Source: Terriglobia bacterium (GTDB taxonomy: Bacteria; Acidobacteriota; Terriglobia; Acidiferrales; UBA7541). Taken from it: a stretch of DNA of 64,000 bases. A program made the position numbers and the translations under genes. Below, one piece after another: positions 10,401 through 19,969 of this stretch. The notes beneath the pieces were generated by a model. It was given only the letters and a program-made list of their open reading frames with translations, was not told the DNA's origin and ran no database searches. Positions within the stretch are counted from its first letter, which is position 1. The number at the start of each line of letters is the position of its first letter. The DNA is taken from assembly GCA_963695545.1 (NCBI GenBank), contig OY968796.1, forward strand, positions 2,752,001 to 2,816,000, given 5' to 3'.

Positions 10401-10667
10401 CCGGAACCACGCCGCGCCCGATGACCACTCAAACCCCGAGCTGACTTGTTGCCACGTGGAATCATCGAGCGCTGGATCTTGCCCTTCCGGCAGATCGGCC
10501 GCGTGGAATCGCCATGGCCCATCGGGAAAACGCGCGATGCCGCGCAATACATCGATTGCGGGACTTTGAACCGGAGCCTCGGGCGAAGCATTCTGCGCGC
10601 CGGCGCGCCCACTCGCGAAAACTAAAATCCCCAGCGCCAAACCGACGATTCCGAATCGTGATCGCAT
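7413..10667 (-). CDS. Secreted GH38 alpha-mannosidase
   Basis: SHIDLAWLW (Zn HxD), WNPDSFG nucleophile, GDHGGGPT, ELYLEYHRG, QFHD; N-terminal signal peptide and extra beta-sandwich. ATG 10667 is inferred. Confidence 0.93.
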   Translation of the reverse strand: MRSRFGIVGLALGILVFASGRAGAQNASPEAPVQSPAIDVLRGIARFPDGPWRFHAADLPEGQDPALDDSTWQQVSSGFEWSSGAAWFRREIDVPPAGAGYDFTGATLTFSFSSDTTRSYPNIIYVNGVRAAMGTDLEPIPIGTNVQPGQKIVIAVKVLCMPVENHFRSATISVHAAAGRPDAGMVADALEADRELLGFFSDTTQPTKTEATAIIDSANAAVDSAALARGDQKTFDASLTGAVAQLGALDPALKKYSVRAVGNSHIDLAWLWPSSEAMEVVRNTFSTALQLMQEYPNYIYTQSSAQMDVWLQEKYPDLFAEIQKRVAEGRWEIVGGMWNEPDLNMPTGESQVRQLLIGKRYFKDAFGVDVRVGWNPDSFGYNWQLPQIYKKAGVDYFVTQKISWNDTWKFPYNLFWWQAPDGSRVLAYFPHSYVNTMDPVKIAGDFADLESKTPGLDEMMHLYGIGDHGGGPTRAMLEEGQQWMNPKMPFPRIFDGTALGYFQDVERELPALDLPTWKNELYLEYHRGVFTTQAETKRRNRESEELLLNAEKFASLASLAGATYPGQQLNDAWKKVLFNQFHDVAAGSGIPAIYKDAARDYAEVRHVGDESLRDSLGTLAAYADTNGPGVAVLVMNPLAWDRTDVTEATVQMPHATPGVEVLDATGRLVLSEIVERHPETNTFRVRFLARAVPSLGYEVFRVVPAAKPRVAPTTLRASEGALENEFLRVRVDAKTGCITSLVLKSSNYEALVPGSCGNLLQTFVDKPKEYDAWNIDADFEKVHWDLTQAESVQLVERGPLCAVIRVTKKFQSSTFVQDITVSAGIPRVDVVTDADWHEQHILLKAGFTLAAHSDVATYEIPFGSIERPTTRRTPQEQAMFEVPALQWADLGDAAHGFSLLNDCKYGYDGKDNVLRISLLRSPTYPDPQADQGRHHFTYSLYPHDQDWRKADTVRQGYELNYKLIASQLASHDGALGSVHSFLRVTPDNVVLTALKKDEDDDALIARFYEWAGRATDVTLELPPGAQEAYRANLLEQPGEPLPLDGNRVTIHTAPFSIETVKIVFSPDSPARYAAHGSATAKPAQ

Positions 10668-10843
10668 CGCTCCCTCCGAGTGCGGGCCCAATGGCCGCAT
10701 CGTGGACAATCCAATAGCGCGCCCGTTATATCACGTCACAGCGCTGAAGAATTTCGATCTTTCATGGTTGAATGTACGGGGCGTCGTTGGGTCGAGCGGA
10801 CGGTGATATTATCCGCCGGGCGTTCAATTTGGCGCGACAACCA

Positions 10844-11836
10844 ATGGCCACACAAGACGCGTTGCATCTCGGAGTGGATATCGGCGGCACGAAAGTGGCC
10901 GCGGGTCTCGTGGATTCCTCCGGCGAAATTGCTTTCCGCACGCGTGTTCCGATGAATGCGCGCGGGACCGCTGCGGAAGGATTGGACGCCGTGCAGCGCG
11001 CCATCGAGCAAGTACGCGCCGCAAGGCCCGACGTCTCGCTCGATTTTGTGGGCATCACCTCGCCGGGCCCGCTCGATCCTGGCGCGGGCGTCGTGCTAAA
11101 TCCGCCGAACGTTCCGTGCTGGCGCAATTTCCCGTTGGCCCGCGAAGTCGAGCGCGTTACCGGTTTGCACGTCCGCCTCGATAACGACGCCAACGCCGCC
11201 GGCTTGGCCGAAGCTTTCTGGGGAGCTGGGCGCGCGTACCGCAATGTTTTCTACACGACGCTGGGCACAGGCATCGGCACGGGAATTATTTTGGACGGGC
11301 AAATCTATCATGGGCGAACCGGCGCCGCAGGCGAAGGTGGTCACACGACGATTGACTACCGTGGGCCGCGCTGCGCCTGCGGGAAGCGCGGTTGCATCGA
11401 AACGCTCGCCGCGGGCCCGGCGATCGCCGCGCGCGCCAGGGAAAAAGTCGCGCACGACGCGGCGCGCGGCGCGCGATTGCTGGTGCTGGCCGGCGGCGCT
11501 CCCGAAAAACTGTCCGCGGAGATCGTGGCGGAGGCCTGGCGCGAAGGCGATACGCTGGCGCGCGAGGTTCTCGAGGAAACCTGGGATCTACTCGCCATAT
11601 GGCTCGGCAACATCGTGGACCTGCTCGAGCCGGACGTATTCATTTTCGGCGGCGGCATCGGCGAACTGGCAAGTCACGGCTTCGGGCGCATTCGAGAGGT
11701 AATGCAGCGGTGGTCGATCAATTCCCGGAGCGGCGAAATTCCATTATTGCTCGCGCGCTATGGAGCTGACGCCGGTATTCCGGGCGCCGCGGCGCTGGGC
11801 TTCGCTCCCGGAACGATTCCAAGTTCCCATAGCTGA
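10844..11836 (+). CDS. ROK-family sugar kinase (glucokinase-like)
   Basis: GVDIGGTK, DNDANAA.LAE, GTGIG.G, GEGGH, CACGKRGCIE. Confidence 0.93.
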   Translation: MATQDALHLGVDIGGTKVAAGLVDSSGEIAFRTRVPMNARGTAAEGLDAVQRAIEQVRAARPDVSLDFVGITSPGPLDPGAGVVLNPPNVPCWRNFPLAREVERVTGLHVRLDNDANAAGLAEAFWGAGRAYRNVFYTTLGTGIGTGIILDGQIYHGRTGAAGEGGHTTIDYRGPRCACGKRGCIETLAAGPAIAARAREKVAHDAARGARLLVLAGGAPEKLSAEIVAEAWREGDTLAREVLEETWDLLAIWLGNIVDLLEPDVFIFGGGIGELASHGFGRIREVMQRWSINSRSGEIPLLLARYGADAGIPGAAALGFAPGTIPSSHS

Positions 11837-11857
11837 GCGAGGCCGATCGTCGCGGCA

Positions 11858-13174
11858 TCATTTGTAGAGAGCGCCGACGATGAAGCCGAGCGACGCGACG
11901 AGCATTACCACGGTCGCGGCCCAGCCCACGATCGTGACGTAGAGCGGCGGTTTGAAGTCTCCGGTGATTTTTGGGTTCGACGACATGTGCATAAGCATGA
12001 TCATCAGCGGAACGGCCACGATGCCGTTGATCACCGCGGACCAGAACAGCGCGCGAATAGGGTTCATGCCCAGAAAATTCAGCGAAATTCCGATCAGCAT
12101 CGCGACGGCAAGAACGCCGTAAAATTTCGGCGCTTCTCGCGGTTTGCTTTCAAGATGCGCGCGCCAGCGGAAAGCTCCCGCTACGGCGTATGCCGCGGAA
12201 CCCGCGAGGACCGGCACGGCGAGCAGTCCCGTTCCGACGATTCCCAGCGCAAACAGGAGAAACGCAAAATGTCCGGCGAGCGGCCGCAGCGCTTTCGCCG
12301 CATCCGCGGCGCTTTCGATATTATTTCCGGCGGCCGAGCCGTGCAGTGTCATGGCGGTGGTGAGGATGATGAAGAACGCGACCAGGTTCGAGAAAGCCAT
12401 ACCCACTCGCGTGTCGATTGCGATGCGGTGGAACTGCGCGGCGGCCTGAGAAGGCTGTTTATTGAGAGGATGATCACTTCTTTTGAGGCGCTCGTCTTCA
12501 GCTTCCTCGGACGCCTGCCAGAAAAACAGATACGGGCTGATGGTGGTGCCGAGTACGGCCACGAGCGCCATCCAGTACGCGGCGGTCCACGAAATCGACG
12601 GCATCAGCGTCGCGCGAAGCGCCGCGAGCCACGGAACGTGTACCACGAACGCTGTGGCCACATAGGCGAATAGCGCGAGCGTCAGACCCTTCAAGAAGCG
12701 AACATACCTTTTGTACGGCACAAAGATCTGCAGCAGAAGCGACACGAAGCCAAACGCGAGCGCGTAGGCGTTCAGCGATCCGCCGAACACCAGTTGCGCC
12801 GCGGCGCCCATCGCCGTGACGTCGGCTCCGAGATTGAAAATATTCGCCACGCACAGCAGCCCAACCAGTCCGTAAAGCAACGGCTTCGGATAATTTTTGC
12901 GGATGTTTTCGGCGATGCCTTGGCCCGTAATTCGGCCCAGGCGTGCGCAGATCTCCTGGATTGCGGACATGAGCGGAAACGAAAACAGCATGGTCCACAG
13001 CATACCCATGCCGAATTGCGCGCCCACTTGGGAGTACGTTGCGATCCCGCTCGGATCGTCGTCGGCCGCGCCGGTGATCAAGCCTGGGCCGAGGCGGCGA
13101 AGAAAACTCACGCGACGCGCGCGCGGAACGGACGCGTGAGCGGCCACTTTCGGATTTGCAGGCAGCTTCGGCAT
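11858..13174 (-). CDS. NRAMP-family divalent metal transporter
   Basis: LGPGLITGAADDDPSGIATYSQ.GA.FG, GTTISPYLFFWQ; multiple TM segments. ATG 13174 is inferred. Confidence 0.9.
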   Translation of the reverse strand: MPKLPANPKVAAHASVPRARRVSFLRRLGPGLITGAADDDPSGIATYSQVGAQFGMGMLWTMLFSFPLMSAIQEICARLGRITGQGIAENIRKNYPKPLLYGLVGLLCVANIFNLGADVTAMGAAAQLVFGGSLNAYALAFGFVSLLLQIFVPYKRYVRFLKGLTLALFAYVATAFVVHVPWLAALRATLMPSISWTAAYWMALVAVLGTTISPYLFFWQASEEAEDERLKRSDHPLNKQPSQAAAQFHRIAIDTRVGMAFSNLVAFFIILTTAMTLHGSAAGNNIESAADAAKALRPLAGHFAFLLFALGIVGTGLLAVPVLAGSAAYAVAGAFRWRAHLESKPREAPKFYGVLAVAMLIGISLNFLGMNPIRALFWSAVINGIVAVPLMIMLMHMSSNPKITGDFKPPLYVTIVGWAATVVMLVASLGFIVGALYK

Positions 13175-13509
13175 CCGAATCGGACTCTTCCTATTGCCGG
13201 CGGACAGGAAACACGAACACTTTCGTGAACGGACTGCGCAATCCGGCTTCATCGTCTCATTATTTGTGTGGGCCGGACAGTCCAATCGAGCCGACGAATC
13301 GTGTGGCGATGCACACGCATGTCCTCGGGCAAACACGTATCGCGGGCGCTACAGATAGCTCGGCCCGACCAACGATTGCCTCGCGGCGCTGCGATCGCGA
13401 TGCTCAACGTTGGCATTCCGCTTGCATCAACCCGCATTTGGAGAGATTGTTGTGCGCGGTCAGGGCGCGAATGTGAATTCGATCTTCATTCCACGCTGAG
13501 TTTCCAACG

Positions 13510-14412
13510 GTGTTTCGATTTCTTGACAAGATGATGACTGCGCGCGCGGCAAGGCTCGGAATCATGGCTAGCGGAATCGCGGTTCTGGCTCTCGGAGTGC
13601 TGGGGAGCGCGCAATACGCGCGTTTGTGCGCGCGCGCGAAAATTGCGGCAACTGCTTCAGTCCCTTCGGCCGCAGCCCGAATTTCAATCGATTGGCAGGA
13701 CCGCTTTGCGGATGGGACGCCGGATTTCTTGCGGCTTGATTCGCCGGCGGATCAGGAGGCGTTTCGGCGCTGGTTCACGCTGATCGCGGAATATCAGGCG
13801 CTGCGGCCGCCCGCGGATGTGCCGGCCGAGATCGACGATTGCGCCGCGCTGCTGCGCTATTCGTATCGCAACGCGTTGCGTGAACACGATGCCGAGTGGG
13901 TTCGTGAAAATAGCATTGTGCCGCCATCGGCGCTGCCGTCGATTGAAAAGTACAACTATCCGATGACGGCGCTGGGCGCGGAGCTGTTCCGTGTGCGGCC
14001 CGGGCCGTTTCGCGCGGAAGATCTGAAGAACGGCGCTTTCGCGGAATTCGCCGATGCCAAAACGCTGAAGGATTTCAACACCTACTTTCTCTCGCGCGAT
14101 GTGCGCGTCGCGCGGCCGGGCGATATTTTGTTTTTCCGCCAACTCGAACAGAACTCGCCATTCCACTCGATGATCTTCGTCGGCCGCAGCCAGTGGTTGT
14201 TTGGCGCTGGTCCCGATCGCGGGCGGCCCGAAAGCGGAGCCGACGATTTCCTCGTGTACGACACCGGTCCGATTGGCAAGGCTCGCGGCCAAATGAGGCG
14301 GATGCGTTTGACGGAGTTATTGCGGTATCCTTCGCCGCGCTGGCGCCCATTGGCCGGCAATAGCAATTTCCTCGGAGTCTATCGGTGGAACATTTTGAGA
14401 GGACCGGAGTGA
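13510..14412 (+). CDS. DUF1175 (YfaT/MagC-like) protein
   Basis: FRRWF..IAE.Q, DCAALLRY.YR.AL..HD, RPGDILFF, HSMIFVG, W.P...N.NFLGVYR. Start may be ATG 13531. Confidence 0.85.
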   Translation: MFRFLDKMMTARAARLGIMASGIAVLALGVLGSAQYARLCARAKIAATASVPSAAARISIDWQDRFADGTPDFLRLDSPADQEAFRRWFTLIAEYQALRPPADVPAEIDDCAALLRYSYRNALREHDAEWVRENSIVPPSALPSIEKYNYPMTALGAELFRVRPGPFRAEDLKNGAFAEFADAKTLKDFNTYFLSRDVRVARPGDILFFRQLEQNSPFHSMIFVGRSQWLFGAGPDRGRPESGADDFLVYDTGPIGKARGQMRRMRLTELLRYPSPRWRPLAGNSNFLGVYRWNILRGPE

Positions 14413-17400
14413 TGCAACGCGCACCACTGTGGCGGAATTTTCTGCGCTGGAATCCGGCGTTCTGGAGAATGTCGGGCCGCAGAGCGCTGCTCCTGCTCTC
14501 TCTCGTTCTTTTCGCCGGCATCGTTCCCGCCGGCGTGCGCGGCGCTGACGAAGCCTACTTCTCGATCTCCACCAGCAAAACATTTCTTCCGGGCGAACAA
14601 ATCGGCATTCATCTGTACGCCTCCGGCGTGGACGCGCTGGAATTCCGTATTTACAAAGTCAAAGATCCGGTTGCGTTTTTCGAGGGTCTGGACGATCCGC
14701 ACCAATTTGGTCACGTCTCCGAAAACGAAGAAATCGAAACGCCGAGCCGCCTCGAGCTCTTCTACGATTGGAAACAGGAACTGTGGGGCGAGATTCGCGA
14801 ATTCCTCCGCATGCAATTTTCGTGGCGTTCGCGCGCCGCGATTCGCGCCGAAGAGTTGCGCGCAAACGGCACGAAGATCGGCAGCGCGGCCGTGTTCGCG
14901 CAGGCGCCCGTGCTGAACAGTTCGCAACTCGTCGCGCGCTGGCGGCAAGCGCTGCCTCCGCGATTTATTTCTGAGTCGGAGGATGTGCCCGTTAACTCGC
15001 TGCCGAAGGGCGCGTATCTGGTCGAAGCGACCGACGGCACGCTGCGCGCCTACACCATCGTGATCGTCAGCGATCTGGGCGTGCTCACCAAGTCCGCGCC
15101 CGGGCAAGTCGTAGCGTTCGCAGCGGATCGGCAAACCGGCGTGCCGGTGGCCGGCGCGGACGTGCGCGTTTGGGCGGACAAGAAAGAAGACGCCCACGTG
15201 CAGACCGACGCGACCGGAATCACAGAAGCTCAATTGCCGGCCGGCCAGTTCAACGACGTGCGCGTCCTCGCCGTGCACGGTGACGACGTTGCCGTGGTGA
15301 TGCCTTATTCTTACAACGTCAGCAGCGATCCCACGCAGGACTGGACCGGATACGTCTACACCGATCGGCCGGTTTATCGCCCCGGCGACACCACGCATTT
15401 CAAAGTCGTTCTGCGATCGCGCAAACAAGTGGGCTTTCAATCCATCTATCAAGTTCCCGCCGGGCAGAACTTGCAGGTGCTGATCGAAGACCCCGCGAGC
15501 AAAGCGGTTTTGCAATCGAACTTTACGGTTTCGTCGTTCGGCACGCTGCACGGCGATCTCGATCTTCCAGCCGGCGCCGCGCTCGGTTACTACTCGATCG
15601 CGGTCAATAGCGCTGGCGGCCAATCGTATCCGATCTCCGGCGGATTCTACGTTGAGGACTACAAGAAGCCGGAGTACGCCGTGAAGGTCACGCCGGCTAT
15701 GCCGCGCGTTCTGCAAGGTGGATTTATCGAGGCCACTATCGACGCCGAGTATTACTACGGCGAGCCGGTGGCCGGAGCGGCCGTCACTTACGACGTGCAC
15801 ACGTCTCCGTATTATTCGCCGTTCATCGATCGCAATTCGGACGACGATTCCGACGCGGACGCCGGGCCAGCGGACTCCGACGATAGCGCGAGCGACGACA
15901 GCGACGATCAGGATTATTCGGGCGATGAAATTTCGGAGCAGACCGGTCAATTGGATGCAAACGGACAATTGCAGATTCGCATTCCGACTCGTGCGGACAA
16001 AGACCACCAGGATATGGTGTACAGAATCGAGGCGCGCGTCACCGACGCCGCCAATCGCGAAATCGACGGGCACACCGCCGTCATCGCTACCTACGGAAGT
16101 TTCCAGGTGGGCATTTCGCCCGAGAATTACGTGTACAAGGCCGGCGATACCATTCGCGCGACCGCCGTGGCCAAAGACTATGACGGAAACCCGATTCAAA
16201 CCGCCGTCCACGTCGTACTCGTGACGCAGAGTTCCACGGATCCGCAGAACCCTGGAGTTACGGTCGAATCGCACGACGCGCAAACGGCAGCGGACGGCAC
16301 AGCCGTCGTCACCTTTGCGGCGCGCGACGCGGGAGATTTTGTTCTGCGCGTCTCGGCGCGCACACCCGAAAAGCGCACGGTGAACGGTGATTCGTGGCTT
16401 TGGATCACGGGCGCCGCCGAAAATTGGTGGAGCGGAGACACCAAGGGATTCCGAATCATCCCGGACAAGAAATCGTACAAAGTGGGCGACACCGCGCACT
16501 TGCTTGTGCTCACCGGCGTGCCCGATGCCTATTTGTTCGTGAACAAGGAAGCCAGAACGGTTCAAGGCCGATGGGTGGTTCACGGAACATCGCCGGCCGT
16601 AACCGTGAACGTGACCTTCGAGGCCGCGCAGCAACCGAACGTATACATTTCGATTTCGTTTTTCCACGGCAACACGCTCTATCAGGCCAGCAAGAATTTC
16701 AATTTGCCCGCCGTCCAGCAAAAACTGCAAGTCGCGATCCAACCATCGGCAACGCAGTTCGAGCCGGGTCAGAAAGCTACCTACACGATCCAGGCGCACG
16801 ATTCCGATGGAAAACCCGTTGTGGGTGAATTCAGTCTCGGCATCGTGGATGAAGCCATCTACGCCATTCATCCCGATGCGAGCGGCGACATCAGCAACGC
16901 GTTTTTCGGACCGGCCTACGACAACGTTTCGTCCGATTCGTCGCTCAATTTTTATTTCAGCGGAGAAGCTGGCGCGAAAGAGATGTTCCTCGCGTACGAC
17001 AGCGCAAATCGCCCGCGCCCGCTCGCGCAATTGAAGCCGACGGAAACGCTGGTGCAGCCGAAGGTGCGAAAGGTGTTTCCGGATACCGCGCTGTGGATGG
17101 CGGACATCGATACCGACGCGAAAGGGCAAGCCATCGCGCAGCTCGAGTTTCCGGACTCGCTCACGAGCTGGCGCGCCACGGTGCGCGGCGTCACCGTGGA
17201 CACCAAAGTCGGTAGCGCGACCAACAACGTGATCGTGCGCAAGAATTTGATCGTGCGCCTGGTGGTGCCGCGATTCCTCCGGCAGGGCGACGAAGTCGTG
17301 GTGTCGGCGATCGTGGACAATTATCTGCCGACCGCGAAGATGGCCCAGGTATCTCTCGACGTGAAAGGCTTGGACGTGTTGAGTGGCGCGACGACGCAAG

Positions 17401-19163
17401 TGCAAGTCGCAAGCAAAGGTGAAGCGAAAATCGATTGGCGCGTGCGCGCACAGTCGGTGCCGTCGGCGGACATTATCGGCAAAGCACTGACCGATCAGGA
17501 ATCCGACGCGATGGAGCTCACGCTGCCCATACTGCCGGTGGGCGTGAAGCAGACCGATGCGAAATCGGGCTCGCTGGCCGCGGCCGAACAGGATGAAACA
17601 ACTACGGTGACTCTACCCGGCGATCCGGCTCTCGCGGCGCCGGCGCTGGATATTAATCTCAGTCCCTCGATTGCCGGCAGTATTTTTGCGGCGCTCGATT
17701 ACCTGACGAGCTATCCATATGGCTGCACCGAGCAAACCATGTCGAGCTTCTTGCCGGATATTGTCGTCGCCCAAGCGATGAAAGATTTGCAACTCACGAC
17801 GACTGTAGACACGCCGGAACTCGAACAACAAATCCAAGCCGGAATGGCGCGTCTGAAAGATTTCCAGCATGCGGACGGCGGTTGGGGCTGGTGGAAAGAC
17901 GACGATAGTCTCGTATTCATGACGGCCTACGTCGTGAGCGGTTACGGGCAGGCGCACGCCGCCGGTTACGACGTCGATTCCGATTCGCTCGCGAACGCGG
18001 AAGGTTATCTGCATACCGCGCTGCAAAACAATCCGGACATGCGCGCGGATTTGCGCGCGTACGTGGTGTACGCGCTCGAGCTGAATGGCGCGGCGCAGAG
18101 CGATGAACTCGCAGCGGCTTGGGATGCGCGCGGTTCGATGACCACGCAGGGTCTTGCCATGCTGGGTCTCGCGTTCCAAGGCACGGGCGATTCTGCGAAG
18201 GCGCAGGAAATGGCGGCGAAAATCGAATCTCTCGCCACGGTTGACAATCAGGAAGCGTACTGGGCCTCGGATTATGATTCGTTCATGGAATTCGAGATCG
18301 AAGATTCCGCGGAAACCACGGCGTACGCGGTGCGCTTGCTGAGTGTGGCGAAACCTTCGAGCGCACTGCTGCCGAAGGCCGCGTTCTGGCTGGTCAATAA
18401 TCGCAACGGCGGATATTTCTGGGACAGCACGAAGCAAACCGCGATGGTTGTTTTCGGCCTCACCGAATATTTGAAAGCCAGCCACGAACTCGGCGCCAAT
18501 TTCCGCGCCGACGTGTACGTCAACGGCAAGCAGGTGACTTCCAAACAATTCACCGCAGCGGACGCGTTCAATCCGGCGCAGCCGGTGATTCATCTCGATT
18601 CTTCGCAGCTGCAGTCCGGAGTGAACCAAATCCGCATCCACAAAACGGGCGCAGGGCGACTTTATTGGTCGGCGAGCGGATCCTATTATTCGACGGACAA
18701 GCATCTGGTGCAGAACAACAAGCTTTCGCTGAACATCACGCGCGATTATTTCAAGATGGTTCCGGAACAAACCGGCGGAAAGATTGTGTACGACCTCGAT
18801 CCGCTCGCGGGCGATTTGCAGGTGGGCGATGTCGTAGCCGTGCGCATCACGCTGAGCGGCAGTGAATGGCGTTATCTGCTGATGGAAGATCCGATTCCCG
18901 CGGGAGCGGAATTCATCACCAGCGACAATCTCTACGAATTGAAACAGCCGCCTTCGTGGTGGGAATCCGATTATACCAGCCGCGAATTTCACGACGATCA
19001 TGCCGCCATCTTCCAGGATTATTTCACCGGGCAGCGCGAGTACGTGTATCTGCTGAAAATTGTGAATCCCGGGAAATTCCAGGTGAGTCCGGCTGAAGTG
19101 CAGCCGATGTACCAGCCGTCGATTTTCGCGACGAGTGACGCGACCACCGTGGAGGTGAAGTGA
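14412..19163 (+). CDS. Bacterial alpha-2-macroglobulin with intact thioester motif
   Basis: YTDRPVYRPGD, VEDYKKPEY, VRKVFPDTALW, FPDSLTSWRAT, YPYGCTEQ (CTEQ at 17724-17735), QHADGGWGWW, EDPIPAG, PMYQP. TGATG overlap with the upstream gene. Confidence 0.95.
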   Translation: MQRAPLWRNFLRWNPAFWRMSGRRALLLLSLVLFAGIVPAGVRGADEAYFSISTSKTFLPGEQIGIHLYASGVDALEFRIYKVKDPVAFFEGLDDPHQFGHVSENEEIETPSRLELFYDWKQELWGEIREFLRMQFSWRSRAAIRAEELRANGTKIGSAAVFAQAPVLNSSQLVARWRQALPPRFISESEDVPVNSLPKGAYLVEATDGTLRAYTIVIVSDLGVLTKSAPGQVVAFAADRQTGVPVAGADVRVWADKKEDAHVQTDATGITEAQLPAGQFNDVRVLAVHGDDVAVVMPYSYNVSSDPTQDWTGYVYTDRPVYRPGDTTHFKVVLRSRKQVGFQSIYQVPAGQNLQVLIEDPASKAVLQSNFTVSSFGTLHGDLDLPAGAALGYYSIAVNSAGGQSYPISGGFYVEDYKKPEYAVKVTPAMPRVLQGGFIEATIDAEYYYGEPVAGAAVTYDVHTSPYYSPFIDRNSDDDSDADAGPADSDDSASDDSDDQDYSGDEISEQTGQLDANGQLQIRIPTRADKDHQDMVYRIEARVTDAANREIDGHTAVIATYGSFQVGISPENYVYKAGDTIRATAVAKDYDGNPIQTAVHVVLVTQSSTDPQNPGVTVESHDAQTAADGTAVVTFAARDAGDFVLRVSARTPEKRTVNGDSWLWITGAAENWWSGDTKGFRIIPDKKSYKVGDTAHLLVLTGVPDAYLFVNKEARTVQGRWVVHGTSPAVTVNVTFEAAQQPNVYISISFFHGNTLYQASKNFNLPAVQQKLQVAIQPSATQFEPGQKATYTIQAHDSDGKPVVGEFSLGIVDEAIYAIHPDASGDISNAFFGPAYDNVSSDSSLNFYFSGEAGAKEMFLAYDSANRPRPLAQLKPTETLVQPKVRKVFPDTALWMADIDTDAKGQAIAQLEFPDSLTSWRATVRGVTVDTKVGSATNNVIVRKNLIVRLVVPRFLRQGDEVVVSAIVDNYLPTAKMAQVSLDVKGLDVLSGATTQVQVASKGEAKIDWRVRAQSVPSADIIGKALTDQESDAMELTLPILPVGVKQTDAKSGSLAAAEQDETTTVTLPGDPALAAPALDINLSPSIAGSIFAALDYLTSYPYGCTEQTMSSFLPDIVVAQAMKDLQLTTTVDTPELEQQIQAGMARLKDFQHADGGWGWWKDDDSLVFMTAYVVSGYGQAHAAGYDVDSDSLANAEGYLHTALQNNPDMRADLRAYVVYALELNGAAQSDELAAAWDARGSMTTQGLAMLGLAFQGTGDSAKAQEMAAKIESLATVDNQEAYWASDYDSFMEFEIEDSAETTAYAVRLLSVAKPSSALLPKAAFWLVNNRNGGYFWDSTKQTAMVVFGLTEYLKASHELGANFRADVYVNGKQVTSKQFTAADAFNPAQPVIHLDSSQLQSGVNQIRIHKTGAGRLYWSASGSYYSTDKHLVQNNKLSLNITRDYFKMVPEQTGGKIVYDLDPLAGDLQVGDVVAVRITLSGSEWRYLLMEDPIPAGAEFITSDNLYELKQPPSWWESDYTSREFHDDHAAIFQDYFTGQREYVYLLKIVNPGKFQVSPAEVQPMYQPSIFATSDATTVEVK

Positions 19164-19969
19164 TGGCGCGGCGGGGAATCGTGCGCGGCGCGCTGGTCGG
19201 CACGCTGCGCGATCGTCGGCTGTGGCTCCTGCAGTTTTTCGCGAATCCAGTTCTGGCGGTGCTGTTTGCAGTTTGGCTGCTGATTCCGGTGGCGAATGCT
19301 TGGTACGTCGTTTTGAACGTGCTCGTGGCGCTGGTGATTGCGGCGTCGGTGGTCGTTCTGCATGGAGGCACGCTCGATTATTTTCGCGATCGTGAACGGG
19401 ACGACAGCGCGCCCTTGAAGCCCGCATTTGTTCGGGCGCTGCGACATGTGCTCGCGATCGCTGTATGTGTGGCCGTGTTTTATTTGTTCTGGCGGCTCAT
19501 GGATCGTGTGGACGCGTATCAGGATTCGTTGCCGGCGTATTTGCGATCGATCATGCCGGTTTTCTTGCGGCGGCACATCACATTGGGATTTCTGGAATCC
19601 GCGTATGGCTGGAAGGTTTTTGCATTGCGCTGGTTGATTGTTCCTGGATTGATCTTGCCATTCGTGATTGCCGCTGCGGATCGAGGTTTTAGCGGCTTCG
19701 GCGGCGCGGGCTTCGCCGCTTGGAAACGCGCAGTGTGGTGCTTGTCGTATTGGGTTCTGCTGGTGGTGGCAGTCATCGTGGGAGTTTTGGCAACGCAGGC
19801 GGTCATGGCTTGGACGCCGAATCTCGCGGCTTCGACATTTCGGTTTGAAACAATCAGTTTGGTTGTACGCGCGATTTGCGCTTACGATCTCGGCCTGTGG
19901 GCTTGGGTGCTCGCGTGTTACGCGGTCGCGCACGCGTCGTCTGCTCCGGTTGACGAGGCGGCTCATTGA
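19163..19969 (+). CDS. Uncharacterised multi-pass membrane protein
   Basis: Several hydrophobic segments; TGATG-coupled to the macroglobulin gene. Confidence 0.7.
   Translation: MARRGIVRGALVGTLRDRRLWLLQFFANPVLAVLFAVWLLIPVANAWYVVLNVLVALVIAASVVVLHGGTLDYFRDRERDDSAPLKPAFVRALRHVLAIAVCVAVFYLFWRLMDRVDAYQDSLPAYLRSIMPVFLRRHITLGFLESAYGWKVFALRWLIVPGLILPFVIAAADRGFSGFGGAGFAAWKRAVWCLSYWVLLVVAVIVGVLATQAVMAWTPNLAASTFRFETISLVVRAICAYDLGLWAWVLACYAVAHASSAPVDEAAH

Noticed and set aside
14379..17405. 1008-aa minus-strand ORF, and similar long antisense ORFs (7515-9143, 17613-19427, 27316-28809, 41270-42430, 52705-54300)
   Set aside because: They are antisense shadows of well-supported genes, expected at high GC; Arg-rich with no recognisable motifs.
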